Assembly: GCA_016213445.1 (NCBI GenBank)
Contig: JACRAJ010000002.1
Location: 36,780 to 100,779 of the forward strand
Direction: 5' to 3'
Source: Candidatus Azambacteria bacterium
Lineage (GTDB): Bacteria; Patescibacteriota; Minisyncoccia; UBA10092
DNA length: 64,000 nucleotides
Part shown: positions 46,231 to 54,629 of the stretch, one piece after another
Layout: each line of letters begins with the position of its first letter
How positions within the stretch are numbered: position 1 is the stretch's first letter
Translations under genes and position numbers: made by a program
The notes under the pieces: generated by a model
Databases searched by the model: none
The model's input: the letters and a program-made list of their open reading frames with translations, nothing else
Told to the model about the DNA's origin: nothing

Positions 46231-46557
46231 TTAAAGTTGTTTCAAATCTTCAACAACTTGATCCATGTCTCTTGCCGGTCTTTCTCTCATCGGACGAGTT
46301 GAACCCTCCGGTTCCTCTATCTTCAAATTGACGCGCGCGTTGTGGCGAGCGCCGATTATTCGAAGCAAAGTGCGGATGGCTTTTGCGGTTGAACCCTGTC
46401 GACCTATAAGCATACCCATATCTTCTTTATTCACTTTGAGGTCTAAAAGGACACCCATTTCGTCAACCTTGCGATCAATTTTGACATCATCGGGATGATC
46501 AACGATTGATTTTACAAGGTACTCAAGAAATTCCTGATCAACTGGTTTGTTAGCCAT
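46231..46557 (-). CDS. KH-domain RNA-binding protein (KhpA/YlqC-like)
   Basis: GMLIGRQGSTAKAIRTLL is a GXXG KH loop. It lies downstream of trmD, as in rpsP-khpA-rimM-trmD operons. Confidence 0.75.
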   Translation of the reverse strand: MANKPVDQEFLEYLVKSIVDHPDDVKIDRKVDEMGVLLDLKVNKEDMGMLIGRQGSTAKAIRTLLRIIGARHNARVNLKIEEPEGSTRPMRERPARDMDQVVEDLKQL

Positions 46558-46692
46558 TTCTTTGAAGAAATTATTTTAAAAGTATTTATTCAGTAGGTCG
46601 ACCTGGCTCCATTATCGCGGAGTAGCTACTAAATTAGTAGCAGTTTACCAAAAAACAGCACATTCGTCAACATCAATGATAATTGTCGGAAT

Positions 46693-48315
46693 TTATCTCC
46701 CTAAAAAGAAATTGAGAATAACGCCAAATGGAGAATATTTGAGCAATGATTGGGGAGCGCTTGGCTCGGGCGCGGGTACGGGAGCGGGCGCGGCGGCGCC
46801 GGACGGAGAAGGCGGAGCTGTTTCTCCTGATGGCGGCGGAGAAATTGTTCCCGGTGGCGGCTGAAAGCCTTCCTGGGGCATTTGACCGACAGGAGGCATT
46901 TGGCCGGCGGGCGGCATACCTTGCGAAGGCGCGCCGGGCGGATATTGAAAACCCTCTCGCGGCATTTGATATTGCGGATACACACCTTCCCGAGGCATTT
47001 GGCCTTGAGGCGGCATTTGGCCGGCGGGCGGCATGTATTGCGAAGGCATGCCAGCCGGAGGCTGGAAGCCTTCCCGAGGCATTCGGCCTTGAGGCGGCAT
47101 TTGTCCGGCGGGCGGCATCATTGGAATAAAACCGGGAATTTCCTGGATATTTTGCTGAAATTGCTGGAGGCTCCGTTGGGCTTCATCTGGTTTCATCAAT
47201 CCGGCGTCTTTGGCAAAATTAATGCAAGTTTGGACATTATTCGGATCATTGCAATAATTATTGCATTCCTCGTCGCTTTTACAGCCGCCCGGTCCTCCTG
47301 ATTCTTCCAGATTCCGGCCGACTGCCTGCATTTTTTCAATCTTTTGGATTTCCTCCGGCGGTATTAAGTTATTTTCTTTGGCGAATTTAAAACATTCTTC
47401 CCTATGCGACTGGTCATCGCAATATGTCTTGCATTCTTCGCCGCGGCAGCCGCCGGGGCCCGTCATGTTCTCAAATTTTTCAATACGCTCCAATTCCTCC
47501 GGCGGTATTAAGTTATTTTCTTTGGCAAATTTAAAACATTCTTCCCTATGCGACTGGTCATCGCAATATGTCTTGCATTCTTCGCCGCGGCAGCCGCCGG
47601 GGCCTATTTTACTGCCTATTTTTCTTGCGTTTTCGGCATCTTCGGCGCTTATAAGCCCGTTATCTTCGGCGAATTTCAGACATTCGTCTCGGTGCGACTC
47701 GTCATCGCAATAAGTTTTGCAAGCCGGACCGCGACAGCCGCCGGGACCGGGTTTGTTTCCCATTTTTTTCGCCCGCGCCAATTCCTCCGGAGGAATTAAA
47801 TTATTATCCTCGGCAAATTTAATGCAAACATCAAAATTTTGGTCTTGAGAACAGAAAGAATCGCATTCCGTTTTGGAACGGCAGCCGCCTGGGCCACCGC
47901 TTTGCTGGACTTTTTTGGCTATTTTCAATTCTTCCGGCGGAATCAGATTATATTTTTCCGCAAACGCGAGGCATTCATCAATATTTTTGCCGCTATCGCA
48001 ATAGGCCTTGCACTCGGCTTCCGATTTACAGCCGCCGGGACCGCCCTTTTCCAAAACTTGGCGCGCGATCTTTGTTTCGTTCTTGCTCATCAGATTATTC
48101 TTTTCGGCGAAAGCCAGGCAAGCGCCAGCATTCTCCGATTTATCGCAATATGCTTTGCATTCATCGTAAGAGCCGCAATTGCCGAGTTCGGAAATGGGAA
48201 AGTTCAAACTAAAAGGATTTTGGGCGCGAACGCTGTTAAACGAAAAAAACAATCCGGCGGCAAAAAACAGAAAAACAAAAATGATTTTTGCCGATTTAAA
48301 TTTTATGTATTTCAT
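46693..48315 (-). CDS. secreted tandem 4-Cys-domain repeat protein with Pro/Gln/Met-rich C-terminal tail
   Basis: Signal peptide, then about 8 units of ~45 aa (GPGGC-x5-C-x3-C-x8-C...NNLIPPEEL...), two of them identical at DNA level. The tail has PPAGQMPPQGQMPREG repeats. Confidence 0.7.
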   Translation of the reverse strand: MKYIKFKSAKIIFVFLFFAAGLFFSFNSVRAQNPFSLNFPISELGNCGSYDECKAYCDKSENAGACLAFAEKNNLMSKNETKIARQVLEKGGPGGCKSEAECKAYCDSGKNIDECLAFAEKYNLIPPEELKIAKKVQQSGGPGGCRSKTECDSFCSQDQNFDVCIKFAEDNNLIPPEELARAKKMGNKPGPGGCRGPACKTYCDDESHRDECLKFAEDNGLISAEDAENARKIGSKIGPGGCRGEECKTYCDDQSHREECFKFAKENNLIPPEELERIEKFENMTGPGGCRGEECKTYCDDQSHREECFKFAKENNLIPPEEIQKIEKMQAVGRNLEESGGPGGCKSDEECNNYCNDPNNVQTCINFAKDAGLMKPDEAQRSLQQFQQNIQEIPGFIPMMPPAGQMPPQGRMPREGFQPPAGMPSQYMPPAGQMPPQGQMPREGVYPQYQMPREGFQYPPGAPSQGMPPAGQMPPVGQMPQEGFQPPPGTISPPPSGETAPPSPSGAAAPAPVPAPEPSAPQSLLKYSPFGVILNFFLGR

Positions 48316-48325
48316 ATCGCGAAAA

Positions 48326-48577
48326 TTATTTAAACGGATTAAGTTTTACTTTTTCAAGCGGATTGGCGGTAACATTTTCAAGCGGATTGGTGGCGGCGGA
48401 CTTAAAAGGATTCGCCGCCTCGGCCGCTTTTTTGGCTTCGGCTTCGGCTATAGCTTTGGCGTCGGCTTGCGCTTTTTTGTAGCCGATTTTATCGCCATAA
48501 TAATACCCTCCTCCAAGTCCCAAAAGAAGGGCTGCAATAACGGCAAAAATCCAAAGCAACGGTGATTTTTCTTCCAT
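48326..48577 (-). CDS. small membrane-anchored protein with NPL/NPF repeats
   Basis: TM helix followed by an Ala/Lys-rich helix and NPFK/NPLE repeats. It lies 10 bp upstream of the Cys-repeat protein gene. Confidence 0.5.
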   Translation of the reverse strand: MEEKSPLLWIFAVIAALLLGLGGGYYYGDKIGYKKAQADAKAIAEAEAKKAAEAANPFKSAATNPLENVTANPLEKVKLNPFK

Positions 48578-48649
48578 GATTTTTATTTATTTTAAATTAA
48601 TAATGATTATACGCATTTTACAATTTTTCCGCAATAATGCGAAATAAAA

Positions 48650-48658
48650 TGTGGATAA
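48650..48658. promoter_or_regulatory. isolated perfect DnaA box (TGTGGATAA) upstream of uppS
   Basis: Exact 9-mer match. Confidence 0.3.
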
Positions 48659-48825
48659 CTTTTCTTAAATTGCCTAAATCGCGGCTTTGGGATAATATGG
48701 ATAAATATTCCGATGGCAAACATTCTCATTATTTTTGGAAGTTTTACGATCGCGATCGCGATTGTTTTTTTTGGTGAAACGTTTCGTGATGCCCGGCGTT
48801 TTAAAACTTAAAGTTTCCAACCGAT

Positions 48826-49518
48826 TTGCAAATGGCTGACCAAACAAAAATACAACATCTCGGCATTATTATGGACGGCAACCGGCGCTGGGCGCGGTCG
48901 CGCGGCTTGTCGCCTTCCGAAGGCCATCGCGCCGGCTGTGAAAAAGCCAAAGAAGTTTTAAAATGGTGCCGCGAAGCGGAAATAAAAATTTTAACGCTTT
49001 ACGCTTTTTCAACCGAAAACTGGCGCCGCGCCAAAAGCGAAGTGAATTTTTTGATGAATATTTTTTATCGCATTCTCACCAAAGATATAAAAGAATTGCA
49101 TAAAAATAATGTCCGCGTGCGGATTGTCGGCCGCAAAGAAGACTTCTCCGAAAAACTTCAAAAAGCCATCGAGGAATCGGAAAAACTCACTGAAAACAAC
49201 ACCGGCATAATTTTAAATCTGGCGATCAATTACGGCGGCCGGCAGGAAATTGTCGACGCTTTCAATAAAATAATGGAAAATCCGCCGAAAAAAATCACCG
49301 AAAATATAATTTCTCAAAATATTTACACCGCGGGGCTTCCCGACCCGAATTTAATAATCAGAACTTCCGGCGAAATGCGGCTCTCCGGATTTTTAATGTG
49401 GCAAAGCGTTTATTCCGAACTGCGTTTCGTCAAGCGCCATTGGCCGGATTTTTCCAAAAAAGATTTCAACGACGCCTTAGCCGACTTTGCCAACAGGCAA
49501 AGAAGGTTTGGGAAATAA
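48826..49518 (+). CDS. uppS: isoprenyl transferase (undecaprenyl diphosphate synthase)
   Basis: GIIMDGNRRWA and the RTSGE...RLS motifs. Confidence 0.9.
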   Translation: MQMADQTKIQHLGIIMDGNRRWARSRGLSPSEGHRAGCEKAKEVLKWCREAEIKILTLYAFSTENWRRAKSEVNFLMNIFYRILTKDIKELHKNNVRVRIVGRKEDFSEKLQKAIEESEKLTENNTGIILNLAINYGGRQEIVDAFNKIMENPPKKITENIISQNIYTAGLPDPNLIIRTSGEMRLSGFLMWQSVYSELRFVKRHWPDFSKKDFNDALADFANRQRRFGK

Positions 49519-49531
49519 GATTTTAAATTTG

Positions 49532-49602
49532 CACGGGATGGAGGAATCGAACCTCCGCCAACGGTTTTGGAGACCGTAGTACTACCACTATACTAATCCC
49601 GC
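49532..49602 (-). tRNA. tRNA-Trp (anticodon CCA)
   Basis: GCGGGATTAGTATAGTGGTAGTACTACGGTCTCCAAAACCGT... Anticodon loop ctCCAaa. Confidence 0.7.
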
Positions 49603-49613
49603 CTGCTGAAAAA

Positions 49614-49775
49614 TTATTTCTTCGTTTCTTTGTGAACCGTGTGCTTGCGGCACCATTTGCAAAATCTGTTGAATTCCAGTTTTCTCGTAACCGTTTTCTT
49701 GTTTTTCTGCGTATGGTAATTAACCCGCTTGCACGCGGAGCATTGAAGTTTTATCGCTTTTTCCTGGGCTTTCAT
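49614..49775 (-). CDS. rpmG: 50S ribosomal protein L33
   Basis: 53 aa (MKAQEKAIKLQCSACKRVNYHTQKNKKTVTRKLEFNRFCKWCRKHTVHKETKK), with the C4 zinc-ribbon pattern of L33. It is below the ORF-track cutoff. Confidence 0.8.
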   Translation of the reverse strand: MKAQEKAIKLQCSACKRVNYHTQKNKKTVTRKLEFNRFCKWCRKHTVHKETKK

Positions 49776-49813
49776 AAGTTTTTTTGAAATTAAATTATTA
49801 TTACGTATGCCAG

Positions 49814-49885
49814 AGCCAGCAGAGGGATTTGAACCCCCGACCTTCGCTTTACAAAAGCGTTGCTCTGCCGCTGAGCTATGCTGGC
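49814..49885 (-). tRNA. tRNA-Thr (anticodon TGT)
   Basis: GCCAGCATAGCTCAGCGGCAGAGCAACGCTTTTGTAAAGCG... Anticodon loop ttTGTaa. Confidence 0.75.
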
Positions 49886-49986
49886 ATAGGCTGTCATTTC
49901 AAACTTAATCCATGATACTTAATTAAAATGAATTTTTCAAGAAAAAACAAGGCCAGCTGTCGATACCGTTCCAGCTGGCCGAAATA

Positions 49987-50196
49987 CTATGCATTAATAG
50001 GGATCGTTCTGCGCCTGTTTTCTTCTATCTGTTCTAGCAAAATTTTTTTCACCGCCTTTTTATGAAAAAGGCAATACGGCAATTTGTAATGAAAATTACC
50101 GCTTTCTCCTTCCACTACCCCCACGGAAGGCTCCCTGCAAAAAAAACAACATCTCGAAACCACATCTTCCGAAAATTTTAATTCCTTTTTTTCCAT
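49987..50196 (-). CDS. small hypothetical Cys-rich protein (69 aa)
   Basis: Sits in an otherwise empty gap between two tRNAs. Has a CC-x2-C...YC-x2-H pattern. Weak call. Confidence 0.3.
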   Translation of the reverse strand: MEKKELKFSEDVVSRCCFFCREPSVGVVEGESGNFHYKLPYCLFHKKAVKKILLEQIEENRRRTIPINA

Positions 50197-50251
50197 TTCA
50201 TTTCACCTCCTTCCATTTTTTATTTTTTTAACGAACATCAAACACTACCGG

Positions 50252-50334
50252 TGCGCAGGGAGGGATTCGAACCCCCGTAGCCCGAAGGCGTCAGATTTAC
50301 AGTCTGATGTAATTGACCGCTCTACCACCTGCGC
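50252..50334 (-). tRNA. tRNA-Tyr (anticodon GTA, long variable arm)
   Basis: Anticodon loop ctGTAaa and a variable arm cgccttcgggctacg. Confidence 0.75.
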
Positions 50335-50350
50335 GCGCTAAATAAGCGAG

Positions 50351-50423
50351 AGCCAACGCGCGGAATCGAACCGCGGACCTACTCCTTACCATGGAGTTGC
50401 TCTACCGACTGAGCTACGTTGGC
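50351..50423 (-). tRNA. tRNA-Thr (anticodon GGT)
   Basis: GCCAACGTAGCTCAGTCGGTAGAGCAACTCCATGGTAAGGAGT... Anticodon loop atGGTaa. Confidence 0.75.
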
Positions 50424-50930
50424 ATTAGCTGATTTTTTTCTGGTTCTTCCGACAACTTTATTAACTTTAACAGCCGGCTTAATATCGAGAAAACTCTCCA
50501 TTTCCGGATTCGATTTTAAAGCCAAGTTTATTTTTACTTCCTGCGCCGATTCCGGCAACCCGCTTGGCGCAGATTCTTTTTTTTCGCTTGCGAAATCCTT
50601 CCAAAAATCAACATTATTGCCCGAACCGCTCGCGCCGTTCATCGCTTTGTCTTTTTCCGATATTTTTCCGATAAGCTTCATTAAATGATTATCGGTTTTC
50701 AAAAGAACAAGCCTCGCCTTATGCAGAAATTTCTGGCTGGAAGAAAGCGACCGGGCCTTCGCGGCATCCAAAGGCAACTGGTTTATCCAATCGGCCAATT
50801 TCGCCTTCAAACTGAATTCCGAAACATCCGCTTCTCCATTTTCTTCGAAAGCGGACAGATGATTCGAAATGACATAGAGCGCGCCTCCCAGCCCCATTAT
50901 CAACAGTGAAATTGGAAACAAATTAAACAT
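50379..50930 (-). CDS. hypothetical membrane-anchored low-complexity protein (3' end overlaps tRNA-Thr)
   Basis: N-terminal TM helix. The last ~15 codons run into the tRNA. The true extent is uncertain. Confidence 0.35.
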   Translation of the reverse strand: MFNLFPISLLIMGLGGALYVISNHLSAFEENGEADVSEFSLKAKLADWINQLPLDAAKARSLSSSQKFLHKARLVLLKTDNHLMKLIGKISEKDKAMNGASGSGNNVDFWKDFASEKKESAPSGLPESAQEVKINLALKSNPEMESFLDIKPAVKVNKVVGRTRKKSANANVAQSVEQLHGKE

Positions 50931-50948
50931 GGTTTTTGCTGTTTAACA

Positions 50949-51398
50949 TTAAATTTCAAATCGGCAAAATTCGCCGACTTTGATATTTTCTCCCAGTTTG
51001 GCGATATAATCTTTAATGAGAGCGTCAATCGTCATATCCTGGTCGCGAACATACGGTTGCGCCAAAAAATCTTCAACGCTTGCCGGATTCATGGCGGCGA
51101 TGTGCATTGCCAATTCATGACCGAGTTTTTTAAACTGTTCGGTTCGCGCCACGAAATCGGTTTCGCATAAAATTTTCACCATCACGCCGACTTTATTGTT
51201 GGCATGAATATAAGAACAAATAATCCCCTCGCCCGTTTCCCGGCCGGCTTTTTTTGCCGCCACCGTCGCTCCCCTGTCTTGGAGCAATTTCAAAGCCCGC
51301 TCAATTTCGCCGCCGGCTTCTTCGAGAGCTTTGCGAATGGCGTCAACCGAAACTCCGGTCATACTGCGAATTTTTTTCAAATCCTCGATTTTCACCAT
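50949..51398 (-). CDS. tsf: elongation factor Ts (short form)
   Basis: UBA-like N-terminus IRSMTGVSVDAIRKALEE and a single dimerisation core (ICSYIHANNKVGVMVKI). Confidence 0.85.
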   Translation of the reverse strand: MVKIEDLKKIRSMTGVSVDAIRKALEEAGGEIERALKLLQDRGATVAAKKAGRETGEGIICSYIHANNKVGVMVKILCETDFVARTEQFKKLGHELAMHIAAMNPASVEDFLAQPYVRDQDMTIDALIKDYIAKLGENIKVGEFCRFEI

Positions 51399-52132
51399 TA
51401 TTTTTTAATTTCTTCTTTAACTTCCGCCGGTTCCGATATTTTAACGCCGATCAACGCGTCTCGCACGAAGTTTAAAATAAAACTTACGGCGTTAAGGGAA
51501 TTATCGGCGGCCGGGATCGGATAATTAAAAAGAGTCGGATCGGCGTTGGTGTTAACGATGCCGACCACCGGCACATTTTTCTTTACGGCTTCATTCACGG
51601 CAATTTTATCATAATGAGCGGAGCTCACCCAAATAGCATCCGGCAATCGATTTAAATTAACCAAGCCGCCCAAATCTTTTCTTAATTTTTTAATCTTTTC
51701 TTCCAGCTTCGAAACTTCGTATTTGGTATATTTGGCGAATTCGCCGGCCGCTTTCTGGCTTTCAATATTTTTAAGATAATCGATGCGGCGGCTGATAGTT
51801 GGAAAATTGGTGAAAATTCCGCCAAGCCAACGCTCGGTAACATACGGCATATTCAGATCCTCGGCCGTTTTTTTAGTAACATCCTTGGCGGCAAAACCCG
51901 TGCCGACAAACAAAATAACGCCGCTCTTTTTCTTAATGCTCGCGAGAAAATCAACCGCGCGCTCCAGATTTTCTTTCGACTTTTCCAAATCGATAATCTG
52001 AAATACGTTCTTATTCGACCAAACATACGGTTTCATTTTCGGATGGCCATGCGATCTTAAAGCGCCCAAATGGAGCCCGCGCAAAGCGAGAGATTCCAAA
52101 TCCGATTTCAAAGCATTGTCTTTTGTTTCCAT
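51398..52132 (-). CDS. rpsB: 30S ribosomal protein S2
   Basis: S2 family motifs (HLGALRSHGHPKMKPYVW...ILFVGT). Forms an rpsB-tsf pair. Confidence 0.9.
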   Translation of the reverse strand: METKDNALKSDLESLALRGLHLGALRSHGHPKMKPYVWSNKNVFQIIDLEKSKENLERAVDFLASIKKKSGVILFVGTGFAAKDVTKKTAEDLNMPYVTERWLGGIFTNFPTISRRIDYLKNIESQKAAGEFAKYTKYEVSKLEEKIKKLRKDLGGLVNLNRLPDAIWVSSAHYDKIAVNEAVKKNVPVVGIVNTNADPTLFNYPIPAADNSLNAVSFILNFVRDALIGVKISEPAEVKEEIKK

Positions 52133-52170
52133 AATTTCATGATGATAACAAAGTTAACTAAACTTGACAA

Positions 52171-52218
52171 GCCCCGTTAGAAATTTTTAGCCGCTTCGCG
52201 GCTTATTTCTAACGGGGC
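52171..52218 (-). promoter_or_regulatory. structured element in the rpsB 5' UTR (candidate S2 leader)
   Basis: gccccgttagaaatttttagccgcttcgcggcttatttctaacggggc: a 12-bp perfect stem enclosing a second hairpin. It lies 40-85 nt upstream of the rpsB ATG. Confidence 0.4.
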
Positions 52219-52236
52219 AAGAGGTTTTTAGGATTG

Positions 52237-52265
52237 ACAGAAATTAATTATTATTCTAAAATTAG
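52237..52265 (+). promoter_or_regulatory. near-consensus sigma-70 promoter for rpmE (TTGACA-17-TAAAAT)
   Basis: ttgacagaaattaattattattctaaaat, 14 bp before the rpmE ATG region. Confidence 0.5.
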
Positions 52266-52278
52266 AAAATCAAAATAT

Positions 52279-52506
52279 ATGAAAAAAGAAATTCATCCAA
52301 AATATCACGCCGATGCCAAGGTTAAATGCGCCTGCGGCAATTCTTTCACGGTCGGCTCCACCGCGCCGGAAATTAACGTTGAAATCTGTTCAAAGTGCCA
52401 CCCTTTTTACACCGGAAAAGATAAAATTATAGATACCGCCGGACGCGTTGAGCGCTTCAAGAAACGCGCCGAAAAAACCACGGCCAAAAAACGAAAGTTA
52501 AAGTGA
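52279..52506 (+). CDS. rpmE: 50S ribosomal protein L31
   Basis: [10 protein letters not shown]...CACGNSF...[10 protein letters not shown] with the C4 zinc motif. The start is set at the internal ATG. The stop is TGA. Confidence 0.85.
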   Translation: MKKEIHPKYHADAKVKCACGNSFTVGSTAPEINVEICSKCHPFYTGKDKIIDTAGRVERFKKRAEKTTAKKRKLK

Positions 52507-53249
52507 TAAGCGTGAGCGACAATCAAAAATTAATTATAGAAATAAGAGCCGGCGTCGGCGGTGATGAGGCCGGTCTTTTTGCATTTGAACTTTGGCGAAT
52601 GTACAGCCGATTCGCCCAGCGCCGGGGCTTTAAAACGGAGACGGTTGATTCTTCGCAATCAAGCGCAGGCGGCATAAAAAATCTCGTCGCTCAAATTGAC
52701 GGGCCGGACGCTTACGCGTTGTTTAAATACGAATCCGGAGTTCACCGAGTCCAAAGAATTCCTAAAACTGAAAAAAGCGGCCGCATCCATACCTCAACCG
52801 TTTCGGTGGCAATTTTAAAAGAGGTACCGGAAAAAGAAGTTATTATCAATTCGCAAGACATTAGAATTGACACTTTCAGGGCTTCCGGGCCGGGCGGCCA
52901 GAACGTGAACAAAGTTGAAACCGCCATAAGAATCACCCACTTGCCCACCGGCATTGTCGTCGCCTCCCAAACCCAGCGCTCCCAACAGCAAAATCGCGAA
53001 AGGGCCTTGGCGATTTTAAGGGCAAAACTCGCGGAAATTGAAAAAGAAAAGATTGCGGGGCAAATCAGTTTGGAAAGAAAAGCGCAAATCGGCTCGGGCG
53101 AAAGAGTTGAAAAAATCAGGACCTATAATTTCCCTCAAGACAGAATCACCGACCATCGCGTCGGAAAATCCTGGCATCACATGGAAAAAATACTGGATGG
53201 CAACATGGAACCGATAATTGAAGCGCTAACAAAAAAAATCGATAAATAA
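52503..53249 (+). CDS. prfA: peptide chain release factor 1-like, lacking N-terminal domain 1
   Basis: PKT (PxT-type tripeptide), GGQ ([12 protein letters not shown]) and [12 protein letters not shown] are present. The protein aligns to RF1 from residue ~110 onward. A GTG start overlaps the rpmE stop. Confidence 0.75.
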   Translation: MISVSDNQKLIIEIRAGVGGDEAGLFAFELWRMYSRFAQRRGFKTETVDSSQSSAGGIKNLVAQIDGPDAYALFKYESGVHRVQRIPKTEKSGRIHTSTVSVAILKEVPEKEVIINSQDIRIDTFRASGPGGQNVNKVETAIRITHLPTGIVVASQTQRSQQQNRERALAILRAKLAEIEKEKIAGQISLERKAQIGSGERVEKIRTYNFPQDRITDHRVGKSWHHMEKILDGNMEPIIEALTKKIDK

Positions 53250-53337
53250 ACAAACTAAAAACAACCCGCGAGAAAATGATGCGGGGTTGTTTTTAACAAG
53301 CGAGAAAAATTATATTCGGTTTTTATTTAAAGTAAAT

Positions 53338-54606
53338 TTATTTCCCCTGCAAAGCGTCGATGTCTTTTTGAATTTTAGTAGCGGCGGCCATAACGTTATT
53401 TGAGTAAATTCTGGCCGTAAGAGAAGTATTCCACCGGCTGCCGGCGATATACATTTTTGCGGCTTTGCTTTCCGCCGCGTATGTTTGCTTGTTGGCGTCG
53501 GACTGCGCGAGCATCAAACCGCAAGCTGTAAACGCGTCCCTGATATTCCAGGGCGACGCCGGACGCCGGCCCGTTAAATTAGCCACCGCATCGGCGTACA
53601 AAAGCCATGTTGTCGGTATGAATTGCGCCGGTCCCATAGCTCCGCCCCATCCGTAAGACGGCTTTTTGGAAACCGGGGTCGAATCGGGATTAAGCCCCAA
53701 TAAACTTGTTATTTGCTGGAAAGCGTTGAAATCCCTCGGTGCCATATCTTGTTTCCAATTCCCCTTGCCAACGTTCCCTCCCCAGTCGGATTCGATTTTT
53801 AAAATTGCCATAAGAAAAGCCGCTCTCACCCCGGTTAATTGCGATGCCATCGTGGCGTTTTTCAATGCTTCTTCAAAAGTCATTTTGAAGCCCATCGCCA
53901 AGTCATAAGGCTGGTTTCTGATTTTATCCAAATCTTCCCGCGCCTTGCTTAAAAGTTGCTGGTAAGATTTTTCTTGTCCTTTGGTTTGATCAAGAAGCTT
54001 TTGCTTTTGTTTTTTTGAATTTTGCAATCCGGCTTTCTGCCGGTTTTGCATATTTTTAAGCTGTTGCTGTTCAGCCCTGTCGGATTCCAAATCTTCTTTT
54101 TCCTGAACAAGTTTCGCTTTCAAATCTTTAATGGTCGCCAGCGTATCCTGAATTTGGCTTTGGATATTGCTTGAATAATTCAGATCGCCGAAAAAGTCGG
54201 AAAATTTATCGTTTTTAAGTAAAAATTCCAAAAGAGAGCCGGCGTCATTTCTGGCTGCTTGCCTTAAATATTGGGCTAAAATTCCGTTTTGCCTGTTAAT
54301 TTCATTTTCTTGCAAAACGATATCGTTTTCTTTTTCGCGAATAGCCGAAGTGAGCCGGCCAATAACTAAGTTCGTGGCGTCAATTTCCGCCTGCGCTTGT
54401 TTTATTTGCAAGTCAAAAATGGCAATTTGATTGGCCAAACTTTGCGCTTCCTGTTCTTTTTCTTGAATTTGCTGGGAATACCGATCAATTGAAGCTTCGA
54501 GTTGCTTTATTTTATCGTCGCGCGAATCGGCGAAAACCGCTTTGGCGGCGAAAATCGAAAAAAACAATAAACAAAATAAAAACAACAAACGTGCGGATTT
54601 TTTCAT
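53338..54606 (-). CDS. secreted coiled-coil protein with C-terminal lytic transglycosylase (MltB/SLT_2-like) domain
   Basis: Signal peptide and a ~220-aa coiled coil, followed by ILKIESDWG...GAMGPAQFIPTTW, the transglycosylase signature. Confidence 0.7.
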   Translation of the reverse strand: MKKSARLLFLFCLLFFSIFAAKAVFADSRDDKIKQLEASIDRYSQQIQEKEQEAQSLANQIAIFDLQIKQAQAEIDATNLVIGRLTSAIREKENDIVLQENEINRQNGILAQYLRQAARNDAGSLLEFLLKNDKFSDFFGDLNYSSNIQSQIQDTLATIKDLKAKLVQEKEDLESDRAEQQQLKNMQNRQKAGLQNSKKQKQKLLDQTKGQEKSYQQLLSKAREDLDKIRNQPYDLAMGFKMTFEEALKNATMASQLTGVRAAFLMAILKIESDWGGNVGKGNWKQDMAPRDFNAFQQITSLLGLNPDSTPVSKKPSYGWGGAMGPAQFIPTTWLLYADAVANLTGRRPASPWNIRDAFTACGLMLAQSDANKQTYAAESKAAKMYIAGSRWNTSLTARIYSNNVMAAATKIQKDIDALQGK

Positions 54607-54629
54607 TAAAATAACGGCTTAATTTTAAA

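Noticed and set aside
46746-48565. Five 83-164-aa plus-strand ORFs antisense to the Cys-repeat protein gene
   Set aside because: The repeat structure keeps frames open. The translations are Ala/Arg-rich nonsense. The sense strand encodes a signal peptide and modular Cys domains.
52234-52278. 15-codon N-terminal extension of L31 ([15 protein letters not shown])
   Set aside because: L31 homologs start at MKKEIHPKY. The extension overlaps the predicted promoter.
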